Shown here: positions 46,567-56,272 of the stretch, piece after piece
How positions within the stretch are numbered: the stretch's first letter is position 1
How the letters are laid out: every line of letters begins with the position of its first letter
From: an uncultured Planctomycetia bacterium
GTDB taxonomy: Bacteria > Planctomycetota > Planctomycetia > Pirellulales > S012-138
DNA: 64,000 bases
Direction of reading: 5' to 3'
Assembly (NCBI GenBank): GCA_942492195.1
Contig: CALOEH010000107.1
Span: 4,674-68,673, forward strand
The notes under the pieces: generated by a model
Databases searched by the model: none
What the model saw: the letters and a program-made list of their open reading frames with translations, nothing else
What the model was told of the DNA's origin: nothing
Program-made: the position numbers and the translations under genes

Positions 46567-49500
46567 TTGCGAGGACGTCTCAACGTGCAATGTCCGTTCT
46601 GCGATTCACCACTGACTCCCACGGCGCAACGTACCGGACGTTGCCCTGAATGCGGGAATTGGCTCCCTAAGTCCTCCCTGGAACCTACTCCCGAGGATGA
46701 GGATCAGAAGTCCCTGGCTTCGCTCAAAGCCACACTCAATACCATAGTACGCAGGGCTGCCGCGGAAGCCGGGCAGTCAGAACCGCCGGTCGCACCAACT
46801 CCCCCTGGGGCCGATGATCCGCCGGTTCGGCATGCGCCGGTGGAGAATTTGAATCGTCAGAGTGATCCCAACGCGCAGACCATGGACGTGGGTTCTGTCC
46901 CGCCGGTTCCTTCGCAACCACCGGTTGACCAACCACCGGCAGATGTCGCTGCGCCAGGGGAGAACTTAAGTCGCCAGAGCGATCCCAACGCGCAGACCAT
47001 GGACGTGGGTTCGCAGGCAGAGAACCCAGGGAATGCGCCGGGCGACATTCGCGCCACGCCGAGTGATATTCGTGCCACACCGCGTGATGAGTCTGAGGGT
47101 TCGCAAGAAGCGCGGATGTCTCAGATGTGGTCGGACGCGGCAGGGGGTGCGAGTTCGCCCCGGATGACCGTCAAGACGCGGAACAATCGGGTTACCTTGG
47201 GAACGAGCCTGGTCATCAAGCCGAGGACCATCCGCAAAGGTGTGGAACTCACGCTCGATGACATGCCGCAGTTCGCTTCGACGACCGAAAAGCCAGATCT
47301 GGCGACGCTCTCGCAGGACTTGTCGACGGATACCGAGTACGAGTTGCTGGGGCTCATTGGCGAGGGTGGGATGGGCGTGGTGTTCGCCGCCCGGCAGGCG
47401 TCCATCGATCGCATGGTGGCGATCAAGATGCTCAAGGCCAATGCATCCGCCAGTTTGGAAGATCGCCAGAAGTTTCTTTCCGAAGCGGTCGTCACTGGTG
47501 ACCTTGACCACCCAAATATTGTCCCGATCTACGACCTCGCCACCAACGAAGCGGGGGGGCTCTTTTACTCCATGAAGTGCGTCCAGGGAACGCCCTGGAT
47601 GGACGTGCTGTTTGAGAAGTCACTCACTGAGAATTTGGAGATTTTGAATCGGGTGGCAGATGCCATTGCCTTTGCCCATTCGAGAAACGTCGTCCACCGT
47701 GACATCAAGCCAGAGAATGTCATGCTGGGTGGGTTTGGCGAAGTGCTGGTCATGGACTGGGGGCTGGCTCTGGTTGGGGAAGGGTTTCGCAAGAGCACCA
47801 ACATTCGCCAATCTTCGAGCATGGGAGGAACGCCCGCCTACATGGCTCCCGAGATGGCCACCGGTCCCATTGAGGAGGTGACCAGCACCAGCGATATCTA
47901 TTTGCTGGGGGCTACGCTGTTCGAGATCATCACCGGCAACCCGCCGCATACCGGCGCGAATGTCATGAGCTGTTTGTTCGCCGCGGGGCGCAATGAGATT
48001 CAATCGACGGACAAGCATGGAGAGCTATTGGACATTGCTCTCAAGGCAATGGCGACCAGAACAGAGGACCGCTATGCCACGGTTCAAGAGTTCCAGGACG
48101 CCGTCCGCGAGTACCAAAGTCACTCGGAGAGTATCGTCCTCAGCACCAATGCCCAGCAGGATCTAACGCTGGCGCAGCAGACCAGTGACTATCAGGATTT
48201 CTCGCGTGCCCTGTTCGGCTTTCAAGAAGCGTTTTCGCTCTGGTCCGGCAACAGCACGGCTCGCGAAGGTGAACAACAAGCGCGGTTGGCCTATGCCGAG
48301 AACGCTTGGACCAAAGACGACCTGGACCTGGCCGCCTCGCTGCTGGACCCCGAGAATTCTGAGCACGCGCCGCTGCTCAAGAAGATTCGCAAAGCACAGA
48401 AAGAACGAGATGCCCACCACCAGCGGTTGAAGGTTCTACGGGTGGTTGCCGCTGGCATGTTGCTCTTAGTGATGGCGGTTGTCAGCGTCGCCTATTTCCA
48501 AGTCAGTTCCGAGCGCGATCGGGCTCTAGCCGCCGAAACCAGGGCTTCTGAGGGAAAGGCGGCTGCGGAGAAAGCGCGGACCGAAGCCGAGAGCGCCGAG
48601 AAACGCGCCCAGCAACAGAAGGCACTCGCCGATCAGGCGGCCCGAGATGCGCTCGTGCAAAAGGAGAATGCTGACAAGCAGCGAGCTGACGCGGTGGTCG
48701 CCCGGAACGAGGCCGAAAAAGCAACCAGGCGTGCCGAAGATGCTTTGATTGCAACCAACGCAGCCAAAGCGGCCGAAGAGTACGAAGCCTACGTGGCTCG
48801 CATCGGATTGGCGGCGGCCAAGATTGACGAGAACGCATTCGATAGCGCTCGCCAGTTGCTCAGCACCTACAACCAGCCAGCGGAGCCGAACCTGCAACTC
48901 CTCCGCCATTGGGAGTGGGGCAGGCTGATGTATCTTTGTCAAATGAGCGAACGCACGTGGAGCGTTGGTTCGCTGGTGGATGCCGTGGCGTTCAGCCCCA
49001 ACGGGCTTGGTTGTGTCACCGGGAGCCGCAATGGGTTGGCGCAGATTTGGGACCTGACCACGGAGCAAGTGATCGCCTCGATGGACCACGCCGGACAGTA
49101 CGTCCTGGCCGTTGCCATGTCACCGGATGGCCGATATGTCGCCACCGGAGGAAGTGATCCGCAGCAGAATCTCAACTTGTGGGATGCCCAAAGTGGTCAA
49201 TTGATTCGGCGGTTCGTCGGCCACGAAGGAGGAGTACTCAGTGTCGAGTTCTCTGCCGATGGGCGCTGGCTGTTGAGTAGTTCGTATGACCGCACCGCCC
49301 GCTTGTGGGACATCGCGACGGGAACATTGCAGCAAACCATGGCCCAGCATACGTGGTGGGTATGGGATGCCACATTTTCTCCCGACATGAAGCAGATTGT
49401 CACCGCGAGCCAAGACGCGACAGCGATTGTGTGGGGCTTCGATGCCCGTCGGCAGCAGTTTGTGTCGGAACGGACGTATCGTGGGCATGCCGGACCGGTC

Positions 49501-51846
49501 TACACGGCCTGCTTCTCTCCAGATGGCAAACGGGTGGCCAGCGGCGGCTATGACAGCACGATTCGAATTTGGAATCCTCAGGACATTCCTCCCTTGGATC
49601 TTGCCAAGGTGATTGGCGGTGAGACGGTTGCCGCGGTTCCGGCCATCGAGTGCCGTGGGCATCAGGCAGGCATCCGATCCATCAGCTTCTCGAAGAAGGG
49701 ACAGATGTTGGATGCCGCAGGGCTACAGCAGCATAGCCAGCTCCTGCTGAGTAGCGGTCACGACAACAACCTGATTGTTTGGGATCCCTCCTCCGGCGAA
49801 ATGCTCAAGACCCTAAGAGGGCACTCGCGAGTGGTGACCGGATGCGCTTTATCCCCCGATGGCAACCAGGCCATCTCGGCCAGCCATGACGAAAGCATCC
49901 GGCTTTGGAACATCACCGGCTACGAAGAAGTCCGCGTCCTGCAAACACGTGTCCTCAAGGGGCACTCGGACGCGGTACTCTCTGTGGCCTTCAGCCCTGA
50001 TGGAGCGCGTGCCGTGACGGCTAGCCGTGACCGCACCGGACGGGTTTGGGATCTTCGCAATGGACAATCCTTGCTGGCGTTGGAAGAGGGGCACGCCTTC
50101 TTGGCTTCTTCCGCTTTGTTCTTCCCGGATGGAATGCAACTGGTCACCAGTGCCATCGACAACACCACACGCATTTGGGATGTCACGACAGGCGTGCAGA
50201 CCGCGTCGATTGATGGAACCGGCCGGAATGCAGCCATTGCGTTGTCGTCTGACGCCTCGATGTTGGTGACCGGGAGCGAGGACCTGAGCGTCCAGGTTTG
50301 GGACGTTGCGAACCTGACCGGAAAGCCACGGTTGCAATTGCCGGGGCATATCTCACAGGTGTCCGCTGTGGCCGTTTCGCCTGACGGCAGCCAGATTTTC
50401 TCGGGGGACGAACGGGGCCGTTGCTACCTTTGGGATGTTGCTACGGCCAAACTTCTCTGGAACGTGCGTGGTCACACTCGCAAGGTCTACGGTGCTGCCT
50501 TCACTCCAGATGGTCTCCGCGTGGTCACGGCCAGCGGCGATCAAACCGTGGAGCAGTGGGACGTGGCAACAGGCGAACAACTCTCTGACGGCCGACTCCA
50601 ACACCGGGACGCCGTCACGAGTTTGTCTCTCACCGCAAATGGAGAGCAGGCCCTGACCGTCTGCGATGATGGTTCCGTGCGACTCTGGGATCTTGCCAAC
50701 GGATCGGTTCTACGGACCATGCGTCCCAGAACGGGGTTTCCGACGGGTGCCGCCATGACCGCCGATGGCCAGTTTGCATTCGCCGTTTGTGCCAACGACG
50801 GACAAGTCCACCAATGGAATCTGCGGACCGGTGCCGAGGTTACAAACCCCCACACACGTGGACCGTTTCTTGATTTCAAGAAGCAAGGAGGTCAGGTCTG
50901 GTCCGCAGCGTGCATGCCTGGGGGACTCAACATGTTGACCGTGGGCGGCAACGGGGCTCAGTTATGGAACGTGGCCAATGCAGAATTACAAATGTCGTTC
51001 AGCCCTCATGGAATTGTGGCGTCGGCCGGATTCTCACCGACGGGGGACCGCATTGTCACCGCAAGCTGGGACAACTCGGCCCGCATCTGGGATGCCCAAT
51101 CAGGCAAAGCGCTGCTCAAACTGATGGCTGCGGATCAACAGGCCGCCGGTATGGAGAAGGGGCATACCGGTTTCGTCAACAGCGCTGTCTTTTCGCCCGA
51201 TGGGCAAACAGTGCTGACGGGCAGCGATGATGGGACCGCCAAGCTGTGGGATATCGGCGGAGGAACGGCCGTGGTCCTCAAGACATTGGCCGGACATCAG
51301 GGGCGTGTGCGAAGCTGCGAATTTTCACCGGATGGCCGGTACGCGGTGACCGGGTCAGACGATCGAACCCTGCGGGTTTGGGAACTTGCTACGGCCAAAA
51401 CCTTGGTCACTCTCGGTGGCGAGCAAGGGCACAACTGGGGAGTGACCTCGGCAGCCTTCTCACACGACGGCAAGCGGATTATCAGCGGCAGTGAGGACAA
51501 TACCTCCAAGCTGTGGAATGCGGTCACGGGAGAACTCTTGGGCACCCTGGAGGGACACACGGCGGCCGTTAATTCCGTGGTGTTTGCTCCTCACGACACC
51601 CGCCGTGTGCTGACTGCCAGCGAAGACGGTACGGCCAAATTGTGGGACTCCCAGCAGTTCAAAGAGATTCTGACGCTCAAGGCCCACACCGAAGCCGTCA
51701 CCGGCGCTCAGTTCTCCCCAGATGGAACGCAAGTTTTGACCAGCAGTCGAGACAACACTGCCATCTTGTGGCTAGCCGAACCCTGGAAACCAGCCCCCGC
51801 TACGCGGACTGCCGAGACTCTCGCGCCCCCTGTGTTGTCACGCTGA
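46567..51846 (+). CDS. zinc-ribbon / Ser-Thr kinase / TM / coiled-coil / WD40-repeat giant protein
   Basis: CPFCDSPL..CPECGNW; GEGGMGVVFAA..VAIKML; VHRDIKPENVML; DWGLA; GTPAYMAPE. TM segment VVAAGMLLLVMAVVSVAYF, then an E/A/K/R-rich coiled coil. About 900 aa of WD40-type units follow (..GH...V..V.FSPDG....S.S.D.T.R.WD..). The start is TTG 46567 or GTG 46585. Confidence 0.9.
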   Translation: MRGRLNVQCPFCDSPLTPTAQRTGRCPECGNWLPKSSLEPTPEDEDQKSLASLKATLNTIVRRAAAEAGQSEPPVAPTPPGADDPPVRHAPVENLNRQSDPNAQTMDVGSVPPVPSQPPVDQPPADVAAPGENLSRQSDPNAQTMDVGSQAENPGNAPGDIRATPSDIRATPRDESEGSQEARMSQMWSDAAGGASSPRMTVKTRNNRVTLGTSLVIKPRTIRKGVELTLDDMPQFASTTEKPDLATLSQDLSTDTEYELLGLIGEGGMGVVFAARQASIDRMVAIKMLKANASASLEDRQKFLSEAVVTGDLDHPNIVPIYDLATNEAGGLFYSMKCVQGTPWMDVLFEKSLTENLEILNRVADAIAFAHSRNVVHRDIKPENVMLGGFGEVLVMDWGLALVGEGFRKSTNIRQSSSMGGTPAYMAPEMATGPIEEVTSTSDIYLLGATLFEIITGNPPHTGANVMSCLFAAGRNEIQSTDKHGELLDIALKAMATRTEDRYATVQEFQDAVREYQSHSESIVLSTNAQQDLTLAQQTSDYQDFSRALFGFQEAFSLWSGNSTAREGEQQARLAYAENAWTKDDLDLAASLLDPENSEHAPLLKKIRKAQKERDAHHQRLKVLRVVAAGMLLLVMAVVSVAYFQVSSERDRALAAETRASEGKAAAEKARTEAESAEKRAQQQKALADQAARDALVQKENADKQRADAVVARNEAEKATRRAEDALIATNAAKAAEEYEAYVARIGLAAAKIDENAFDSARQLLSTYNQPAEPNLQLLRHWEWGRLMYLCQMSERTWSVGSLVDAVAFSPNGLGCVTGSRNGLAQIWDLTTEQVIASMDHAGQYVLAVAMSPDGRYVATGGSDPQQNLNLWDAQSGQLIRRFVGHEGGVLSVEFSADGRWLLSSSYDRTARLWDIATGTLQQTMAQHTWWVWDATFSPDMKQIVTASQDATAIVWGFDARRQQFVSERTYRGHAGPVYTACFSPDGKRVASGGYDSTIRIWNPQDIPPLDLAKVIGGETVAAVPAIECRGHQAGIRSISFSKKGQMLDAAGLQQHSQLLLSSGHDNNLIVWDPSSGEMLKTLRGHSRVVTGCALSPDGNQAISASHDESIRLWNITGYEEVRVLQTRVLKGHSDAVLSVAFSPDGARAVTASRDRTGRVWDLRNGQSLLALEEGHAFLASSALFFPDGMQLVTSAIDNTTRIWDVTTGVQTASIDGTGRNAAIALSSDASMLVTGSEDLSVQVWDVANLTGKPRLQLPGHISQVSAVAVSPDGSQIFSGDERGRCYLWDVATAKLLWNVRGHTRKVYGAAFTPDGLRVVTASGDQTVEQWDVATGEQLSDGRLQHRDAVTSLSLTANGEQALTVCDDGSVRLWDLANGSVLRTMRPRTGFPTGAAMTADGQFAFAVCANDGQVHQWNLRTGAEVTNPHTRGPFLDFKKQGGQVWSAACMPGGLNMLTVGGNGAQLWNVANAELQMSFSPHGIVASAGFSPTGDRIVTASWDNSARIWDAQSGKALLKLMAADQQAAGMEKGHTGFVNSAVFSPDGQTVLTGSDDGTAKLWDIGGGTAVVLKTLAGHQGRVRSCEFSPDGRYAVTGSDDRTLRVWELATAKTLVTLGGEQGHNWGVTSAAFSHDGKRIISGSEDNTSKLWNAVTGELLGTLEGHTAAVNSVVFAPHDTRRVLTASEDGTAKLWDSQQFKEILTLKAHTEAVTGAQFSPDGTQVLTSSRDNTAILWLAEPWKPAPATRTAETLAPPVLSR

Positions 51847-51870
51847 GCACTTCGAACCATTCTCAACGTC

Positions 51871-52326
51871 TCAACCAGCGTGGGTGGTACCCCGCATGGT
51901 TGATTCTCCCGTGGCGGTCGGTTGGGGCGTCTCTGTCGAAAATTGACTCAGGGCGGGACCGGTTCGCCAGAAGGTGCTGAGCAGTTCTGGATCTCGCAAC
52001 CACGCACCGAGCCAGGTAAGAAGCAGCAATACGGCGGGAGCGGCAAAGCCGTGTTGGTCGTTCGCCAGATGAATGGCAATCGCTCCGCCCCAGTAGGCGC
52101 TCACCATTAACAGGCCCAATGCGCTGGTGCGGAAATAGAGCAGCAGCATCACGCTCAAGAACTCGAGCAAGCCAATCAACTGCATCTTGCCGACCAGATT
52201 CCAGTGCTCAATCTGCTGCTGGATCTCCTGTGGTGTGAAACCCAATATCTTGTGGGCGGCAGAGAAAAGCATCAAGCATCCCACACCAGCCAGGATGATT
52301 CGGCCCGCAATCAAGTTCGGCATCAC
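51871..52326 (-). CDS. small integral membrane protein, DoxX-like
   Basis: 151 aa with four hydrophobic segments; the family call is tentative. Confidence 0.45.
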   Translation of the reverse strand: MMPNLIAGRIILAGVGCLMLFSAAHKILGFTPQEIQQQIEHWNLVGKMQLIGLLEFLSVMLLLYFRTSALGLLMVSAYWGGAIAIHLANDQHGFAAPAVLLLLTWLGAWLRDPELLSTFWRTGPALSQFSTETPQPTATGESTMRGTTHAG

Positions 52327-52356
52327 GGCACTCTTCGGTCTTTACCCAGAACCAAT

Positions 52357-52530
52357 GTAGAACAGTTGTCTCAACTGTTCACGAACCAAGCAGGATGTTT
52401 CGGACCTCGAATCAGTCTGAGCTTCATTTCAACCTTAACCCGAAGCGTCAGCGAGGAAGCATGACCGGCGATGTCGCCACGGCTGTCATCACGGCGGAGC
52501 GTGACGACTACTTTTCCGCTGCTCGCTGGA
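52357..52530 (+). repeat. composite repeat: family-1 arm (52357-52390) fused to family-2 element (about 52419-52530), copy B
   Basis: GTAGAACAGTTGTCTCAACTGTTCACGAACCAAG contains the perfect palindrome at 52360-52380. It is followed by ..GGATGTTTCGG.. and then GAGCTTCATTTCAACCTTAACCCGAAGCGTCAGCGAGGAAGCATGACCGGCGATGTCGCCACGGCTGTCATCACGGCGGAGCGTGACGACTAC. Confidence 0.85.
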
Positions 52531-52563
52531 AACGATGAAACCTACCTCTAGCTGAATATGTAC

Positions 52564-52622
52564 AAACGGGGAAAAAAGCGGACAGGAGCCTAAGGGTGCC
52601 CGTCCGTTTTTTCCCCGTTTTT
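52564..52622. terminator. long hairpin, candidate terminator downstream of cysC
   Basis: AAACGGGGAAAAAAGCGGACAGG - loop - CCCGTCCGTTTTTTCCCCGTTT (one mismatch), followed by TT. It lies between two minus-strand genes. Confidence 0.4.
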
Positions 52623-52790
52623 GAGCGGATGTTCATTCTAGTGCCGCGTCAACGCTTGAAACTCGGGTTGGGTACCATGCTGAAGTGGAGTCAGAATCGC
52701 CACTTGCATCCGAACAGGCCCACGCAAGCGAGGCCGTGGCACCCGAAAACTTTGCCGTGACGAAACACCAGGGTGAAAGCCGAAGCCTTG

Positions 52791-53450
52791 TTAGAGCGCC
52801 ATCCGCGATTTCAAATAGGCAATGACCTCATCAGCCAGGGCTTCGGCGGTCTTGGTTCCGGCATCCAGGACCAGCTCGGCGTTTTCTGGTTCGTCGTAGG
52901 GATCATCAATCCCGGTGAAACCCTTGATTTCTCCCGCTCGTGCCTTCTTGTAAAGTCCTTTGGGGTCACGAGCTTCGCAAACGTCGAGCGGTGCGTTGAC
53001 GTAGACTTCGATGAATTCGCCTTCCCCCATCGATGCCCTCACGGCGTCACGGTCGCGACGATAAGGGCTGATGAACGCAGTCAACGTCATGATCCCGGCT
53101 TCTGAGAAAAGCTTGGCGACCGCACCAATGCGGCGAATGTTTTCCTCTCGGTCCTCAGCAGAAAAGCCCAGACCAAACCGCTTGGCGTACTCTTCGCCAT
53201 GGCGTTCTTTGAGCATGCCAGGTCCGGCATTGAGCCCATGACGGACATTGTCCCCATCGAGCACGTAGCTACGCAGCCCTTCGGAATGCAGTTTGTGATC
53301 AACCAGGTTTGCCACGGTGCTCTTACCACAACCGCTTAAACCCGTGAACCAAACGACACATCCCTTATGGGCGTTGAGCTGCTCACGCTCGCTCCGGGTC
53401 ACACTATGCTCATGCCAGGTCACATTGGTGTCATTGGACATAACGGGCAA
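52791..53450 (-). CDS. cysC: adenylyl-sulfate (APS) kinase
   Basis: P-loop [30 protein letters not shown] and FISPYRRDR. Confidence 0.9.
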   Translation of the reverse strand: MPVMSNDTNVTWHEHSVTRSEREQLNAHKGCVVWFTGLSGCGKSTVANLVDHKLHSEGLRSYVLDGDNVRHGLNAGPGMLKERHGEEYAKRFGLGFSAEDREENIRRIGAVAKLFSEAGIMTLTAFISPYRRDRDAVRASMGEGEFIEVYVNAPLDVCEARDPKGLYKKARAGEIKGFTGIDDPYDEPENAELVLDAGTKTAEALADEVIAYLKSRMAL

Positions 53451-53683
53451 ATCTCCAAGAAAATAAAGGGGTTAGGTCAGCGCCAGCAGGAGCGAAGGCA
53501 CTGGAAATTCGTCGCCACGGTCCACACCATCGCTCTGGGATCGTGTCGGATTGGGCGGTGACAGCAATGCGTGGCTGCCACACCCGGTAGGGTGGCAGTG
53601 TTTTGGATCATACCCCTTAGGGCGATTAGCGAAAAGGGGAACCCGAGTGAAGGTGCCAAGAACACCGCTTGCCAGAGGGCAAT

Positions 53684-53812
53684 GTCGAACAGTTGTCTCA
53701 ACTGTTCACGAACCAAGAACGGATGTTTCGGGGGGCACGGCAGGTAATCAGCTCGGACAACTGACAGGCGATGTCGTCACGGTATTCATAACGGAGCGTG
53801 ATGAATACTTGG
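53684..53812 (+). repeat. composite repeat: family-1 arm plus truncated family-2 element, copy D
   Basis: GAACAGTTGTCTCAACTGTTCACGAACCAAG (53687-53717, perfect palindrome 53687-53707), then GGATGTTTCGG, then CTGACAGGCGATGTCGTCACGGTATTCATAACGGAGCGTGATGAATAC. Confidence 0.8.
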
Positions 53813-53892
53813 GCAATCGTTCAGTTGAGCAATCGTGCCAAACGTGGTTCAATCGGTGACGTGACCGACGAACACCTTCAGGACTGCAGGGC

Positions 53893-55257
53893 ATGTCATT
53901 ATTCGAAGCGAGCGAACAGGCTAACTTCCAGCGGGCTCAACCGTTGGCCGCTCGAATGCGCCCCGCCAGCTTGGATGAATTCGCCGGGCAGCAGCACTTT
54001 TTGGGACCCGGCAAGTTGCTCCGCCGACTCCTCAAGGCAGATCGGCTCGGTTCGGTCATCTTCTATGGGCCGCCTGGTACCGGCAAGACCACGCTGGCTC
54101 ACTTGCTGGCGACAGAAACCAAACGGCACTTCCACGGAGCCAACGCCGTAGCCACCGGTGTGAAGGAATTGCGTCCGATCCTCGAACAAGCTCGCGATCG
54201 CCTGGCGACCGGTAGGCTGCAGACGTTGTTGTTCATTGACGAAATCCATCGGTTCAATCGAGCCCAGCAGGACCTGCTGCTGCCGGATGTCGAGAATGGC
54301 GTGGTGGTGCTGGTGGGGGCCACGACGCAAAACCCCTTCTTCAGCGTCAATAGTGCCTTGATTAGCCGGAGTCGGGTGTTTCAATTCGAACCCCTCGCGG
54401 CAGAGGATATCAAGCAGTTGCTACGCCGGGCCGCTGCTGATCGCGAGCGAGGTCTGGGCACCTACCGGGTGACCATGGACGAAGACGCCTTGGATTTCTT
54501 GGCGGATGTATGTGACGGAGACGCCCGCCGAGCCTTGTCCGCCTTGGAAGTGGCGGTACTCTCGTGCGAGCAGACGCCGGTGCATTTCACGCGCAGTCTG
54601 GCCGAGGAATCCGTGCAGCGCAAGGCGATTGTCTACGATCGGCAAGGGGACAGCCATTACGACACGGCCAGCGCTTTGATCAAGAGCCTCCGCGGCAGTG
54701 ACCCGGACGCCGCCCTGTATTGGCTTGCCTGCATGCTCGAGGCGGGAGAAGACATCCGGTTTATCTGCCGGCGGCTGATCATCTTGGCCAGCGAAGACAT
54801 CGGCAATGCCGATCCGCAGGCCCTGCCCATCGCCATCGCTGGCATGCAAGCGTGCGAGTTTGTCGGCCTGCCAGAGTGCCAACTGGCCCTCTCTCAAGTA
54901 GTCACGTACCTTGCCTGTGCCCCGAAGAGCAACGCCGCAACCGTGGCCATCGGCGAGGCTCGGCAGGATGTGCAGGAGAATCGCTTGCAGCCAGTCCCCC
55001 GACACCTGCGAGATCGACACTACAGCGGTGCCGAGCGTCTGGGGCATGGCCAGGGCTACGTCTACGCGCATCAGGGAGAAGCAGGGATTGTGCCGCAGGA
55101 GTACCTCGGGGTAGACCGTGAATACTACCGTCCAGTAGACCGCGGTTTCGAGCAGGAGTTGGCCGCCCGACTCACGCAAATTCGTCAAGTACTCCGCAAT
55201 CATGAACAAGAAGGTGATCAACAAGAATCCGAGCCGCCACACGATCCAGACCTCTAG
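53893..55257 (+). CDS. rarA: replication-associated recombination protein A (AAA+ ATPase)
   Basis: GPPGTGKTTLAHLLA, LFIDEIHRFN, GATTQNPFF and the MgsA C-terminal region DPDAALYWLACMLEAGEDIRFICRRL. Confidence 0.9.
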   Translation: MSLFEASEQANFQRAQPLAARMRPASLDEFAGQQHFLGPGKLLRRLLKADRLGSVIFYGPPGTGKTTLAHLLATETKRHFHGANAVATGVKELRPILEQARDRLATGRLQTLLFIDEIHRFNRAQQDLLLPDVENGVVVLVGATTQNPFFSVNSALISRSRVFQFEPLAAEDIKQLLRRAAADRERGLGTYRVTMDEDALDFLADVCDGDARRALSALEVAVLSCEQTPVHFTRSLAEESVQRKAIVYDRQGDSHYDTASALIKSLRGSDPDAALYWLACMLEAGEDIRFICRRLIILASEDIGNADPQALPIAIAGMQACEFVGLPECQLALSQVVTYLACAPKSNAATVAIGEARQDVQENRLQPVPRHLRDRHYSGAERLGHGQGYVYAHQGEAGIVPQEYLGVDREYYRPVDRGFEQELAARLTQIRQVLRNHEQEGDQQESEPPHDPDL

Positions 55258-56086
55258 TGAATCCCCTCAAAGGAATTCGGTGACACCAACTCAGGCAACG
55301 TTGTACTGGATTGGCGACGGCAACTTTCGCGATTTCCGCGAGTTGCTGCCGTGCCTGCCGCCGACGGTCTTGGTCCGAACTTCGGCATGCTGCGCCGATG
55401 CCATGGCAGCGTCCGAAACGACCGAACCGGATTGGATTGCCGTTGCCCTGCGCTGGCCTGGCGAAGTGCGGCACACCGACCTGGATGCGCTACGCCGACG
55501 ATTTCCATTAACGCCGCTGCTGTTGGTGCTGGGAAGTTGGTGCGAAGGAGAAACGCGATCAGGCAATCCGTATCCAGAAACCGTGCGGCTCTTCTGGCAT
55601 CAGTTCAGCAGTTGGTTTCGCGGCGAATTCGACCGCTGGCAACAACAGCGAGGGCTCTGCCAACTCCCCACCACGGTTAGCCCTAGCGAACGATGGCTCG
55701 CGGCGATGCCTGCCTTGCCTGACCATCGCACAGGTCGCGTCCTGATTCGCAGCAGCGATCTGGCACTCGGAGCATTCTTGCGAGATGCCTGCCAATCGTT
55801 GGGGTACGAAGTTGCCGAACTGAGCGATTCTGAACCTCATTCATCATCTGTCGAAACGAGTGTGCTCTGGTGCCTGAGTGACCATCAACCGGCCGAGTAC
55901 AATCAACTGGCCGCGTGGATCGAAAGCTCGTCAGCCAACGCAGCAGTGCTAGCCGTGATCGGCTATCCACGATCGGATACCGCCGACCGACTACGGGGCA
56001 TCGGCACCTGCGGTGTCCTCTCACTGCCGTTGGATGTTCATCTCTTGCAGGACGAACTACAACGTGTTTACGAGCGGAAGTCTTGA
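55202..56086 (+). CDS. hypothetical protein with two receiver-like (pseudo-receiver) halves; true start probably GTG 55279
   Basis: The first 56 nt of the ORF overlap rarA. GTG 55279 gives VTPTQATLYWIGDG... Segments DWIAVALRWPG...PLLLVLGSW and RVLIRSSD...AVLAVIGYP have a receiver-like beta-alpha pattern, but I could not place a clear phospho-acceptor signature. Confidence 0.45.
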   Translation: MNKKVINKNPSRHTIQTSSESPQRNSVTPTQATLYWIGDGNFRDFRELLPCLPPTVLVRTSACCADAMAASETTEPDWIAVALRWPGEVRHTDLDALRRRFPLTPLLLVLGSWCEGETRSGNPYPETVRLFWHQFSSWFRGEFDRWQQQRGLCQLPTTVSPSERWLAAMPALPDHRTGRVLIRSSDLALGAFLRDACQSLGYEVAELSDSEPHSSSVETSVLWCLSDHQPAEYNQLAAWIESSSANAAVLAVIGYPRSDTADRLRGIGTCGVLSLPLDVHLLQDELQRVYERKS

Positions 56087-56272
56087 TGTGTCCATGCCAG
56101 ACTCGTTTTAGTATGCCTCCTGTAATCCCAGTTGCGAGCAACCTGGGTTACGCGGTTATACTTGGCTTTTAGCCGCCACGGCGTGTGGCGGGCAACTGAG
56201 CTTTGGATGCTATCCTGCTCATGTCATCGGAGTCCATCGTCGTGTTGAAGATCGTTGCAACGGGAATACACC

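Noticed and set aside
54421-55242. 273-aa minus-strand ORF opposite rarA; likewise 59235-59996 and 60651-61514 opposite sucD and sucC, 28320-29090 opposite the Pro-rich protein, 19922-20869 opposite the RTX gene, and 2304-3068 opposite the barrel gene
   Set aside because: All lie opposite genes with unambiguous or strong coding signals.
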